Origin: Candidatus Gastranaerophilales bacterium | Lineage (GTDB): Bacteria; Cyanobacteriota; Vampirovibrionia; Gastranaerophilales; Gastranaerophilaceae | Reading direction: 5' to 3' | Assembly: GCA_905236775.1 (NCBI GenBank) | Contig: CAJOOM010000175.1 | Location: 1 to 63,245 of the forward strand | DNA: 63,245 bases | Part shown: positions 50,135 through 60,530 of the stretch, piece by piece | Layout: every line of letters starts with the position of its first letter | Position numbering within the stretch: the first letter of the stretch is position 1 | Notes under the pieces: generated by a model | What the model was told of the DNA's origin: nothing | Databases searched by the model: none | The model's input: only the letters and a program-made list of their open reading frames with translations | Translations under genes and position numbers: made by a program

Positions 50135-50230
50135 TCTCCTTTCTTTCTAAATTTTCAATTTTCCATTCTCTTAGTGCCTTGGTGCCATAGTATCTTAATC
50201 CCTTTACCCCTATTTACCCCCATTTTCAAT

Positions 50231-51025
50231 TTATTCAACCCAGCCTGATACTTTAGCATTAATATAATTTACCGGCAAAGGTGTAATCAATCGCTTTGCT
50301 TCCTTAATCAAATCTATAGCACCATTATACTTATTTGAAAAATGAATTGTATTTACTTCACACATACTTACTCCGCCTAAATTATTACGAATTTGTGAAG
50401 TATGCAAAAGGTGTTGTAATCTTTTTATCATCTCGAAATTATTAACATTATCCGGAACTGAATAATCTACCGTTAAATCCGGATTATAAGTTTTTTCCAA
50501 ACATAATTCCTGTGCTATAGGAATTCCTACATAGTCACCAACTTTGGATGTAATATCACCCATCGGTGCATAATATACAAGCCAATCAGAACATTTTTTT
50601 ATTGCTTTAGCCACGGAGGCAGCAAAAGTAAAATCTTCTCCGCAAGCTTTATACATTGCGCCATGTGGTCTTACATGTTCAATACTTAGTCCGTATGCTT
50701 TTGCAAATGACATAATTGCACTTACTTGATAAACAACAAGCGCTTCAAGTTCATCTTCCTTTAGTTCTACAGGTCTATATCCAAATCCTTGAATATCATT
50801 AAACCCAATATGCGCACCTATTGCTACATTTTTTTCTTTTGCTCTTAAAAGAGCATTCTTAATTGTTATCGGATCACCGGCATGGAATCCGCATGAAATA
50901 TTAACAGAACTTACATAATCTAAAAGTTCAAATTCTTGATTATTTTTATATACTCCGTAACTTTGTGCTAAGTCACAATTAAAATCTATGTTCTTAATAG
51001 TTTTCTTTTCTATAACTTCTTGCAT
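50231..51025 (-). CDS. LamB/YcsF (5-oxoprolinase A-like) protein
   Basis: IDFNCDL, NISCGFHAGD, HVRPHGAMY. Confidence 0.85.
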   Translation of the reverse strand: MQEVIEKKTIKNIDFNCDLAQSYGVYKNNQEFELLDYVSSVNISCGFHAGDPITIKNALLRAKEKNVAIGAHIGFNDIQGFGYRPVELKEDELEALVVYQVSAIMSFAKAYGLSIEHVRPHGAMYKACGEDFTFAASVAKAIKKCSDWLVYYAPMGDITSKVGDYVGIPIAQELCLEKTYNPDLTVDYSVPDNVNNFEMIKRLQHLLHTSQIRNNLGGVSMCEVNTIHFSNKYNGAIDLIKEAKRLITPLPVNYINAKVSGWVE

Positions 51026-51146
51026 TCTGCACTCCTCAAAAATTAATACACTCTTACTTTAAAGTATACAATAAAATAAGAAATGAAGTAACTTTTTATT
51101 TAGAATTTTTAATGTGAAAATTATTTCTAGAAAACACTAATTATAG

Positions 51147-51683
51147 TCATTTTATCGGAATAGTCAGCATAAGATTAAACATTTTATTAGAATCATCAAA
51201 AGCTGCCAATGTTTTGCCGGCACCTTGAGAACCTTTATTCAAAGGGATATTCTGTTGTAATTCTCCGGATACAGAAACTCCGTTATTAAATTTATATGTA
51301 TATCCAATCCATCCGCCTGTATTATATTTCCATTCGCCGGAATCTTTTGCCGTAAAATGCAAATCAGAATAAATAGAATTATGTTTATCTAATTTATAAC
51401 TTCCGCCAAATGCTACTCTATATTGTTCTGTACCGCCTATTTCACGAAATCTTGTTTGAGCATTAAAACATTCTCCAATATTATATTTTATTTTTGCTTC
51501 TATTGCAGGTTTATTCTTATTTCCGCTTTTTGAATGTGTCCAGTCATTACCAATTCCAACTGACATATTTAATCTTGAAGAAAACTTTATATCTCCTCCG
51601 ATTAACGTCAAATTCTCATTTTCACCATTAAAAGATAAATAATTTGCATTTGATATTTTTATTGTAACTTTCGGATTAGACAT
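51147..51683 (-). CDS. Beta-strand-rich hypothetical protein, barrel-like, no signal peptide
   Basis: Alternating hydrophobic strands; start set at ATG 51683 (GTG 51695 is an alternative). Confidence 0.6.
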   Translation of the reverse strand: MSNPKVTIKISNANYLSFNGENENLTLIGGDIKFSSRLNMSVGIGNDWTHSKSGNKNKPAIEAKIKYNIGECFNAQTRFREIGGTEQYRVAFGGSYKLDKHNSIYSDLHFTAKDSGEWKYNTGGWIGYTYKFNNGVSVSGELQQNIPLNKGSQGAGKTLAAFDDSNKMFNLMLTIPIK

Positions 51684-51832
51684 ATGCGAACTCACTCCGT
51701 TATTTATTATCCCTGTATATTTAAAGAATTTTTTTAATCAAAAATTGCTCATTTAAAAAATATTTGTTACAAATCTTAATCAATAAATTCGGCACTAAAA
51801 AGCGGAGGACGGTTCTATAAAAGGCACTAAAA

Positions 51833-51880
<48 letters not shown>

Positions 51881-51972
51881 TTTTTCAAAAGGCATTAGGG
51901 CAATAATGGAATAAGTTCATTTACAAAAATTTATCATTTGAAATTAAAATGTATTTACATTAGAATAGAGGT

Positions 51973-52689
51973 ATGTTCAAGAGAGTATTATTTTTACTAT
52001 CGCTTATATTATTACTTAACCTGTGTCCGACCCCGGCTGAGGAGCAGGTCAAAGAAACGTATAAGATTAACGGACAGGTCGAATATGATGATAACTTAAT
52101 CGAGACAATTTATCTTGATGACAGTATTGATAAACCGGAGGTGAACATCCCCCAGCTGGAGTTGACCCTGCCGGTGAGGGTCTTAAATATAACTTCCAAC
52201 ACGAATACCCTAAGAAGCGCGTTAGCCCGATCAATGGCAGTTCGCAGCAGTATTGGTGATATTTTACCGCTTTCCGGAAGTGTAGCAGCTTCATCCGGCG
52301 GATTTAGTTACGGAACCAGATATGGCGAAGAAATTTCATATTCTCAAATGGAAGCTACAACAGCTTTTTTTTTGAAATATGATATTAATAAACATTTTTC
52401 TATAGAGTCGGCTTTTAGGGAGTCGGCTAATCGTGAACTTGAAGATAGCAGATGGACATCTCTTCAGTTAACTCCGGAATGGCATATAACGGATAAATTA
52501 ACGTTGAAAGATTCTGTGACAAATTATGTTCAATCGCAAAAGAATAAAAATGAAATAACAATAGTTTATACACCTGCATTAAAAAAGTATGCGGATTCTT
52601 TAAAGTTTGAACTTAGTATAGCGCAATCTTTTTATGCAAATGGAAATAAATCAGATACAGTAGGTTTTTCTACCGGATTCAGATTATAA
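51973..52689 (+). CDS. Putative outer-membrane beta-barrel protein
   Basis: Signal peptide, amphipathic strands, C-terminal STGFRL. Confidence 0.65.
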   Translation: MFKRVLFLLSLILLLNLCPTPAEEQVKETYKINGQVEYDDNLIETIYLDDSIDKPEVNIPQLELTLPVRVLNITSNTNTLRSALARSMAVRSSIGDILPLSGSVAASSGGFSYGTRYGEEISYSQMEATTAFFLKYDINKHFSIESAFRESANRELEDSRWTSLQLTPEWHITDKLTLKDSVTNYVQSQKNKNEITIVYTPALKKYADSLKFELSIAQSFYANGNKSDTVGFSTGFRL

Positions 52690-52698
52690 TGGATAAGT

Positions 52699-53124
52699 AT
52701 GATAGGAAATAATAGAGAACAAAGATTACGAGTAATTCATAAGGATGAAAACTCAAAAACCGTGAAAGCAAAAAAAAAGCATTCTTCAGGTAATGAGTTT
52801 TACTATTCATTTTTTACGGTAATTTTGTTATTGTGTCTTATTCAAATTACAATAAGCGCAGTTGTAAATATTTCCAAAATCGTTTCTTATAAAGCTAAAA
52901 TTGTGCAGATTACAAAAAATAAAGAAGCTGCATTGGCATTAAATGACCAGTTAAAAGATAATATAAAAAATTTCTCAAAATTAGACGGTTTAGAAGCGAT
53001 TGCAAGAAATAATTTAAAAATGTCCGGCGAGGATGAAGTTTTGGTCATTATAAATACCCCGAAAGAAGATGAACAGACAGAAAAGCCTAAAAAGAATGGG
53101 TTATTTGATATAATAAAACACTAA
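52699..53124 (+). CDS. Septum formation initiator (FtsB/DivIC family)
   Basis: TM helix, coiled coil, LEAIARNNLKMSGEDE. Confidence 0.75.
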   Translation: MIGNNREQRLRVIHKDENSKTVKAKKKHSSGNEFYYSFFTVILLLCLIQITISAVVNISKIVSYKAKIVQITKNKEAALALNDQLKDNIKNFSKLDGLEAIARNNLKMSGEDEVLVIINTPKEDEQTEKPKKNGLFDIIKH

Positions 53125-53319
53125 TACATTTTATTACCTCTCTTAGAGTGTGCGGGATAGCACGCGACCCGCATTGAAACCGTTATATGGAGATTGCGAG
53201 AAAAATTTTAATTTTTCCGCAAGCTCCTTATATTTACAAATCTTAATAAATGGCATAATAAAATGCAATTTTTAGTATCTTTAAAACTTTATATATACAT
53301 AGAGGAATTTAGAGATAAC

Positions 53320-55338
53320 ATGCCAAATAAATTTTCTATAGAAAACAATAAATCACAATATATTTGTGTTCCTGATAGAATACAAGCACATAAGCCTGCT
53401 ATTTATGATATTCCAAAGCAAAAAATTTATGCTTATCGTCAAAAGGATTTTACAGTAGTGAGTTCAGGCGGCATATCTTATGATTTAAAAGAGCTTATAA
53501 TGAATAAACTGAATAGTATGATAGGAAGAGTATTTACCGGATTAGAAGAATCAATCCCAGTTCTTGATTGGTGCAAGAAAAACCTTATTCACGGAACTAC
53601 AGCTGATGATGTTATGCAAAAAATCCTAAGATTATATGACAAAGCAGAAACTACTCCGGATAAAGAGTCACTATTTGAGGCTGCCACAGGGAAAAAGTAT
53701 ACTCAAGAGAATTTAGATAAATTTATAAAAGGAGAGATAGAACTAAGTTTAGACTATGATTATAAAATGTATACAGGTAAATCTGCACCAAAAGTTCCGT
53801 CTGCACCGCTGGTTTCTAAAACTTATCAAGAAGATAAAGATAAACAAAAGAGCGAGGGAAAGGAATTCAAACTTTCTCCTAAGCAGCAAGTTAAATACAA
53901 TATTGTTTACAATGGTTTGAGTGTAGAATATCAAAAAAAGTTATCAAAAATTTTAAGTTATGGAAAGTTAACGGAAGATAAATCACAAAAACTTACAGTT
54001 TTGGATAGTTTGCATAAAATTTTCACAACTCAAAGATTTAAAGGATTAGATAACATAAAACTTGTTCAAGAATGTATTGACATATTAGAAAATCCAAATA
54101 TAATAACTCAATTAGCAGAGGATATTCCGGAAGAATACTTGAAAGAGGCAACAGGTAGATATTATGCAGCTGTTGATAAATGTGAATTAGAAATTCAGGC
54201 ATCAGTTTGGGTGCAAAAACACAGGGAATTTACATCCCCAAAAACAGATGAAATGAATGCACCGACAACAAAAGATAAAGTAAATTATATTCGTGACAGG
54301 CTAAGACACAGAGGGGTCGTAAGTACTTGTGCAGCGGCAAGCTTAGAATACGATTTAGTAACTACACAACCGGCAGAATTTTTTAGAATAGTTGAACTGT
54401 TAACTTCTCCGGGAAATGGAGTAGTAAAATTTAAAACACCAGGAAATACAAACCGGATAACTCTTGAAACTGCACCAAAACTTCCGAATAATGAACCGGT
54501 TTCTCAAAATGGAGTTGCTAAAGTTATGCCTCTTTCTCCTGAAGCAGTTCAACTTACTCCTGAGTCTGTTGTACCATTGAACATGAATAATTTAGAACAT
54601 ATGTTTAAATTCCCGAAAATAGAAAAAAGGGCAGAATTAAAAGCAGACATTGAAGCATATAATCTTGCTCAAATTCAAAATAATCACAAAGATAAAAATG
54701 AACGTTCAATGATTGATATATTGATGCAATCTATGATTATGAATATAGGTTCAGATGGTGAGTATAATTCTTTAACAGATTTAAGAGTGTGTAATGAAAA
54801 ATTTATACTGGAAAAATCCGGATTATATAATGATGAAATCCAAAATACTAAAACACTTTTATTTAAAAGAAGCGGAGAATTAAATACTTACGGTTATCCT
54901 TTGGAAAATGGAAATATGATACATCTGATGTCAAAATCTGATATCAAAGATGATTTATTAGAACATATAAAAAGAGGAGAAAATATTATTATGGGATTTA
55001 ATCAATTAAAATATGGTCATGAAATAACAATAATTGGTTATACTACAAATGATAACGGTAAGGGGTTCTTTATCTGTCAAGATTCTTGCCAAGAGGATGG
55101 ACATCCAGCCACTTACTGCGAAGATTTTATTTTATCGAATATTGATCATGCTATTTATGTAAAAGATGATAAACCGTTACCCCCGCCGTCAATACGTAAA
55201 AATAGTAGAAAAGAACTACCAGGCAATAGTTTTTTGCAGTCAATTCAATACGTTCCTCCTGCAGGTAAAGAAGATTTTGCTAAAGATAATACAATCACAG
55301 TTCCTTGGTCTGATTTTAAATTAAAAATTAATCAATAA
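53320..55338 (+). CDS. Orphan protein with papain-like Cys-His-Asp motifs
   Basis: STCAAAS...GHEITIIGY...FICQDS; start set at ATG 53320. Confidence 0.65.
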   Translation: MPNKFSIENNKSQYICVPDRIQAHKPAIYDIPKQKIYAYRQKDFTVVSSGGISYDLKELIMNKLNSMIGRVFTGLEESIPVLDWCKKNLIHGTTADDVMQKILRLYDKAETTPDKESLFEAATGKKYTQENLDKFIKGEIELSLDYDYKMYTGKSAPKVPSAPLVSKTYQEDKDKQKSEGKEFKLSPKQQVKYNIVYNGLSVEYQKKLSKILSYGKLTEDKSQKLTVLDSLHKIFTTQRFKGLDNIKLVQECIDILENPNIITQLAEDIPEEYLKEATGRYYAAVDKCELEIQASVWVQKHREFTSPKTDEMNAPTTKDKVNYIRDRLRHRGVVSTCAAASLEYDLVTTQPAEFFRIVELLTSPGNGVVKFKTPGNTNRITLETAPKLPNNEPVSQNGVAKVMPLSPEAVQLTPESVVPLNMNNLEHMFKFPKIEKRAELKADIEAYNLAQIQNNHKDKNERSMIDILMQSMIMNIGSDGEYNSLTDLRVCNEKFILEKSGLYNDEIQNTKTLLFKRSGELNTYGYPLENGNMIHLMSKSDIKDDLLEHIKRGENIIMGFNQLKYGHEITIIGYTTNDNGKGFFICQDSCQEDGHPATYCEDFILSNIDHAIYVKDDKPLPPPSIRKNSRKELPGNSFLQSIQYVPPAGKEDFAKDNTITVPWSDFKLKINQ

Positions 55339-55351
55339 CACTTGAAGAGTG

Positions 55352-55717
55352 TTATTTAAAGAACTCTAATTCGCTAAATTTATTGAAAAAATATTCCAGT
55401 CTGTTTTTATCGTGTTTATACCAATACCCGATAAGAACTTCAAATGCGGTTGCAAGTCTATAATCGTGTTGAATGGATTTTCTACCTACCGGAATCGGCA
55501 AATTCCTCGAACGTCTCACAAGTTCTAATTCTTCGGCGGTTAAGTCATTTGTCATATATTCAAGCATATTCATTTGAAATGTTGCATTTACTCTGTCCGT
55601 TGTCATTTTATGCAAGAGTTTTGAGTTAGAAGTTTTTAAAATTACATAATCTCTTACAAAAACTTCCCAAACTGCATCTCCTATATGAGCATAGTTTTTT
55701 AGTCCTAATTCTTCCAT
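55352..55717 (-). CDS. mrnC: Mini-ribonuclease III
   Basis: AHIGDAVWE, YRLATAFEVLIGY; no dsRBD. Confidence 0.85.
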   Translation of the reverse strand: MEELGLKNYAHIGDAVWEVFVRDYVILKTSNSKLLHKMTTDRVNATFQMNMLEYMTNDLTAEELELVRRSRNLPIPVGRKSIQHDYRLATAFEVLIGYWYKHDKNRLEYFFNKFSELEFFK

Positions 55718-55793
55718 AAAATGATTTTAGCATAAACAAGTTCTCCTCTAACTATCATAACTAGAGAAGAAGACTTTCTACTGCTTTAAAACC

Positions 55794-55855
55794 ACTTTCC
55801 ACTTTCCACTTTCAACTTTCCACTTTCAACTTTCCATTTTCCATTTCCCATTTTT
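55794..55855. repeat. Heptamer tandem repeat TTTCCAC/TTTCAAC/TTTCCAT
   Basis: Directly visible; preceded by ACTGCTTTAAA as at 2771. Confidence 0.9.
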
Positions 55856-55911
55856 CCCCCCCTCATTTACTTTTATGACAAAGTTATAGTAAAATGTATA
55901 TTGGAGAAGAA

Positions 55912-56628
55912 ATGAGTGTAGAAGTAAAAAATTTAGTAAAATCTTTTGACAATAAGACGATATTAGATAATATATCATTCAAAGTTGATGATGGGAAAAT
56001 ATTATCTATAGTAGGTTTTAGCGGTTCGGGGAAAAGCACCGTTTTAAAACTTATAAGCGGATTATTGGAAAAAGACTCCGGTGAAATTATTACTACCGGA
56101 GGTGATATTGCAATGGTATTTCAATATTCTGCTTTATTTGATTCTTTGAATGTATTTGATAATATTTCTTTTGCTTTGCAAGAAAGAAAAGATTTACGCG
56201 GTAAATATACAAAAAAAGAATTAGAAAAAATAGTTGCAGAGAAGCTTGAGCTTGTAGGTTTATCCGGCATAGAAAAGAAATTTCCGTCTGAACTTTCGGG
56301 CGGTATGCAAAAACGTGTAAGCTTTGCGCGAGCGATAGTAACTGAACCGAAGATTATTTTATACGATGAGCCTACAGCCGGATTAGACCCGATATCTTCA
56401 ACTCTAATCGAGGATTATATTGTACGGCTTAAGAACGAAACAAATGCGGCATCTATTGTAGTTACTCACCAAATGTCAACTATACGCAGGACCGCAGATT
56501 CTGTTTTGATGTTGTATAATGGTCATGTGGTATTTGAGGGTTCGCCTGAAGAATTATGCAGAGAAGAAACTCCATATACACGGCAATTTGTTGAAGCCGC
56601 TTTAGATGGACCTATGAAAATGAACTAA
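55912..56628 (+). CDS. mlaF: MlaF/Mkl-type ABC transporter ATPase
   Basis: GFSGSGKS, LSGGMQKR, YDEPTAGLDP; adjacent MCE gene. Confidence 0.85.
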   Translation: MSVEVKNLVKSFDNKTILDNISFKVDDGKILSIVGFSGSGKSTVLKLISGLLEKDSGEIITTGGDIAMVFQYSALFDSLNVFDNISFALQERKDLRGKYTKKELEKIVAEKLELVGLSGIEKKFPSELSGGMQKRVSFARAIVTEPKIILYDEPTAGLDPISSTLIEDYIVRLKNETNAASIVVTHQMSTIRRTADSVLMLYNGHVVFEGSPEELCREETPYTRQFVEAALDGPMKMN

Positions 56629-56644
56629 TAAAGGAAAATATAAA

Positions 56645-58000
56645 ATGAAAATTTCACCTGCTTTTAAAGTCGGAATACTTACTATAATATCATTAACTAT
56701 TCTTTTATTCACTATTTTATGGGTAAAAGGACGTTCTTTTTCTTCAGCAGAAAGAATAGAGGTTCAGTTTAAAGATGTTAACGGAATGAGACCCGGCTCT
56801 GGTGTACAAATGATGGGTTTAAGAGTAGGTCAGGTAGAAGAGATTACTCCTGTTGTAAACGGTGAATCAAGCTACGTGAAGATGAAATTTGTTATAACAC
56901 AACCGGGAATAGAAATTCCAAAAGCTTCAACTCTTTCTATTCAACAGTCAGGATTGATTGGTGAACAGTTCTTAGAAATTACACCGCCAAAGCTGCGTTC
57001 GGTTTATATTCCTGTTACTAAAAGCGATCTTATTATTAATGGTGCGGATGTAGAAATAAATCTTGATGATAAATATTATGATGTAGGAAAAGTTAAAAAG
57101 TCTCAAATTATGACTTCAAAGCTTGTTCCGATTGAGCTTGCTGATACGGTTAAAACTCAAAACGCATATAAAGTTGATTATGTTGTTACTCTTCCCGGGT
57201 TAAGACTACCTCATTTTATGAAAGGTCAAATTGTAAATGCAAATGGGATGAAAAAACTTAGAATAGAACCTCTGGATGGTTCTGTTCTTCCATATCCGCA
57301 CCAAACTTCGCCATATACTGTTGTTGAACCTATGAGGATTGCAGATTTCATGGATTTGCAATATCAAGCTGCTGAATCATTAACTGAGATGAGCAAAATG
57401 GTTAATGATTTAATGAATGATAAGATGATTGCTGAAATCAGAGATTCTGTTTCTAATATGAAAGCTCTTACTGCTCAGGCAACAACAACACTTCAAAAAA
57501 CAGAAAAACTTATTGATACTTCAAGAAATGATATAGATGCAATTTTATGGATGATGAGTGATGTTGCTAATAGCTTTAATAAACTTGCAACAAATGTTAA
57601 TGGCATAATTGGGGATGAGAAATTTAAACCTGCAATGTATCAAACAGCAGAATCGATATCAAAACTAGCTGATGAGCTTTCACCAATTCTTGGTTCTATG
57701 GATGCAAAAACATTCGGTGAAGATTTGAATGCTGTTATGAAGAATTTGAACGAAATTTCAACTTCTGTTAACCGTATGACAAAAGACGAAAATCTTAAAA
57801 AGAAACTTAATATGTCTATTGATAATTTGAATACAACACTTTGTGAAGTTACAACTGCACTCGAGACAGTAAATGGTCAGACCGGCGACAGAGAAAACTT
57901 AAAACAAATTATGAAAGATACCTCAGAAACTGTATCTAATTTGAAAAAATTCTCCGAAAAATTGAATAAGAGATTCTTGTTATTTAGATTACTGTTTTAA
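56645..58000 (+). CDS. mlaD: MlaD/MCE family protein
   Basis: N-terminal TM helix, GSGVQMMGLRVGQV, GLIGEQFLEI, helical tail. Confidence 0.85.
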   Translation: MKISPAFKVGILTIISLTILLFTILWVKGRSFSSAERIEVQFKDVNGMRPGSGVQMMGLRVGQVEEITPVVNGESSYVKMKFVITQPGIEIPKASTLSIQQSGLIGEQFLEITPPKLRSVYIPVTKSDLIINGADVEINLDDKYYDVGKVKKSQIMTSKLVPIELADTVKTQNAYKVDYVVTLPGLRLPHFMKGQIVNANGMKKLRIEPLDGSVLPYPHQTSPYTVVEPMRIADFMDLQYQAAESLTEMSKMVNDLMNDKMIAEIRDSVSNMKALTAQATTTLQKTEKLIDTSRNDIDAILWMMSDVANSFNKLATNVNGIIGDEKFKPAMYQTAESISKLADELSPILGSMDAKTFGEDLNAVMKNLNEISTSVNRMTKDENLKKKLNMSIDNLNTTLCEVTTALETVNGQTGDRENLKQIMKDTSETVSNLKKFSEKLNKRFLLFRLLF

Positions 58001-58008
58001 TACAAAAT

Positions 58009-58125
58009 GAGTGTGCGGAAAAAGTCGAAAAGGGGTAAATATGGGGGGTAAATATAACTCCACGAAGCTATGCCAAGTGTCTCCGCTTAATGTAAAACAA
58101 TTTTTCGAACTTTTTCCGCACACTC
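58009..58125. mobile_element. MITE-like 117-bp element
   Basis: 23/24-bp terminal inverted repeats GAGTGTGCGGAAAAAGT(T)CGAAAA enclosing a family A unit. Confidence 0.5.
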
Positions 58126-58132
58126 CTAAATT

Positions 58133-58150
58133 GTTACAAAAATTTACAAT
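58133..58150 (+). promoter_or_regulatory. HLR1-type direct repeat
   Basis: GTTACAAA-AA-TTTACAAT. Confidence 0.55.
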
Positions 58151-58227
58151 CCCCATCGAATGCGAAATCTTTTGTAGTTTTCACCTCTCTTGCTAATAAT
58201 AGTAAAATTATGTATAATCATTACAAT

Positions 58228-60462
58228 ATGAAGAATACAAAAAAACTGTCACTTGCTATATTTTGGCATATGCATCAACCTGTATATGAACTAGACGGAA
58301 CATATTTAATGCCTTGGGTAAGATTACATGCTGTTAAGGATTATCTGGATATGGCGCTATTTCTTGAAAGATTCCCAATGCTAAAATTGAACTTCAATAT
58401 TGTTCCCGGATTACTTGATGCAATTATTGATTATAGCAATAACGGTTTTAGAGATATACACGCACAACTTACAGTTATGGATACCGACAATCTTTCTGAT
58501 GAAGAAAAGGCTTTCATTCTGAATAACTTTTTTAATACCAAATTTGAAACCATGGTATACAAAAATGAAACATACAGTTATTTGTACCAAAAACGTTTTG
58601 AAAAAGAAAATTTTGACATAGATGATTTTAATGCCCAAGAATATGCAGATTTGATGGCTGTTTTTAATCTTGTCTGGATTGATCCTGTACATTACAAAAG
58701 ATATCCAAGATTACAAGAATTATGGGATAAAAAAAATTGCTACACAAAAGATGATAGAATAGAAATTTTAAATATTCATCAGCAAATCATTAAGGAAATC
58801 ATTCCTACATATAAAAAATACATCGCAGAGAATCGGATTGAATTAACTACAAGCCCTTATTACCATGCTATCTTACCAATTTTGCTCGATATTAAAAATT
58901 CTGCCAAATCATCATTTACTTCTGTAGGATTACCGGAAAGACTCGGAATGGGAGATGATGCTAAAATACAAATTAAGTCTGCTCTGGATAGGATAGAGGA
59001 AGTTTTTGGAGTTCGCCCCAAAGGAATGTGGCCTCCGGAATTATGCATTGGCGCTAAAACATTATCTGTTCTGGCACATGAGGGTATAAAATGGACCATA
59101 TCAGACGAGTGCATACTTGCAAACTCTATAAACTTTGATTTTGTAAGAGATTTTAAAGGTGATTTGACAGATCCTTATCACTTATTAAAAGTTTATAACT
59201 ATCAAACAAAGGGTTCTGACATTGACATAATATTTAGAGAAAGATCTATTCCTAATCTTATCAACTTTGAGTATGCAGGTATTAATCAAAACCTTGCTGC
59301 AAGCGATTTTTATGAAAAAGTAAAAACAATTCAAAATAAATTGCTGGTATCGCCGGATAGCACTCATTTATTAACTATCGCTGCTGATTGCGAAAACTGC
59401 TGGGAAAATTATCAAAATGACGGATTTGAGTTTTTAGAAAAAATATATGGAATGATTTGTAATGATGATAGTTTGGAAACAGTATTAATAAGCGATTATA
59501 TTGAACAGGATAAACACAAGAAAACTCTAAAAAAAATTTATCCCGGCTCTTGGATTGATAAGACTTTTCAATACTGGATTGGCGAACCAGAAAAAAATAA
59601 AGCATGGGCAGCGCTTAAAAATACAAAAGATGACTTGAATGCTTTTATTAAAAATAATAAAAATCATCCAATGATACCGCAAGCAAGAAGAGAATTATAC
59701 ATAGCACAGGGCAGTGACTGGTTCTGGTGGTACGGAGAACCTAACAATTCCGGTCAGGATTTTCTTTTCGACTACATGTATAGAGAACGACTAAAACACG
59801 TATACACTATTTTAGGGCAACCTTATCCGGAATATCTTGATACTCCTATCATTACTAAAATAGATGTTCCGTTTAAACTGCCAAAACGTTCTATTTCACC
59901 TAAGTCTGACGGATTAAATTCCAGCAGTAATGATTGGATTAATGCCGGAACAATTGCTATGATTGATGGGCCTGTTTTTAGAGAAAATAAAAATGTCGAC
60001 AGAATTGACTTTGGATGCGATAAAAATAATATTTACTTCAGACTTTACGTTAATAAAACATCACAGGAAATAAATTATGCCGATAAGATTAACCAATTTT
60101 ATATATACACAAGAAATTCATCAAAAATAGGCAGTAGAGCGCATATCAGATTAATTAGCAGAACAGACAGCCCTTATCCTATTCTGACAGAAAAATTTGA
60201 ACACGAATTAACTATTACACTGGTGAAAGACACCTTATATCCTCTTAGAATGACTACAGTTCTTCATCCGGATATTTGGACTTTAGACGATCCGGACGGA
60301 ATTAAAATGACATATAAAGATTGTATTGATCTTTGCATTCCTTTTGATAAATTGAAAATTTCTCAAGGCGAAAGTGTTGAATTTTTTATGGCGAATACGG
60401 ATTCAGCAGTTAGGAATACTTATATTCCTCAAGAAGTTTTGTTAACACTAACAAGAGAATAA
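58228..60462 (+). CDS. Glycoside hydrolase family 57 (amylopullulanase-like)
   Basis: WHMHQP, PWVRLH, WPPE, ADCENCWE, GSDWFWW. Confidence 0.92.
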   Translation: MKNTKKLSLAIFWHMHQPVYELDGTYLMPWVRLHAVKDYLDMALFLERFPMLKLNFNIVPGLLDAIIDYSNNGFRDIHAQLTVMDTDNLSDEEKAFILNNFFNTKFETMVYKNETYSYLYQKRFEKENFDIDDFNAQEYADLMAVFNLVWIDPVHYKRYPRLQELWDKKNCYTKDDRIEILNIHQQIIKEIIPTYKKYIAENRIELTTSPYYHAILPILLDIKNSAKSSFTSVGLPERLGMGDDAKIQIKSALDRIEEVFGVRPKGMWPPELCIGAKTLSVLAHEGIKWTISDECILANSINFDFVRDFKGDLTDPYHLLKVYNYQTKGSDIDIIFRERSIPNLINFEYAGINQNLAASDFYEKVKTIQNKLLVSPDSTHLLTIAADCENCWENYQNDGFEFLEKIYGMICNDDSLETVLISDYIEQDKHKKTLKKIYPGSWIDKTFQYWIGEPEKNKAWAALKNTKDDLNAFIKNNKNHPMIPQARRELYIAQGSDWFWWYGEPNNSGQDFLFDYMYRERLKHVYTILGQPYPEYLDTPIITKIDVPFKLPKRSISPKSDGLNSSSNDWINAGTIAMIDGPVFRENKNVDRIDFGCDKNNIYFRLYVNKTSQEINYADKINQFYIYTRNSSKIGSRAHIRLISRTDSPYPILTEKFEHELTITLVKDTLYPLRMTTVLHPDIWTLDDPDGIKMTYKDCIDLCIPFDKLKISQGESVEFFMANTDSAVRNTYIPQEVLLTLTRE

Positions 60463-60468
60463 ATAAAG

Positions 60469-60513
60469 CATAAAAAGAGCCGATAGAATTTTATTTCCGT
60501 CGGCTATTTTATG
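60469..60513. terminator. Bidirectional terminator
   Basis: AGCCGA...TCGGCT stem with A/T flanks between convergent genes. Confidence 0.65.
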
Positions 60514-60530
60514 TTTGTAATTATTTTTTA

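Noticed and set aside
58011-58196. 61-aa ORF
   Set aside because: Lies over the MITE-like element and the GH57 promoter region
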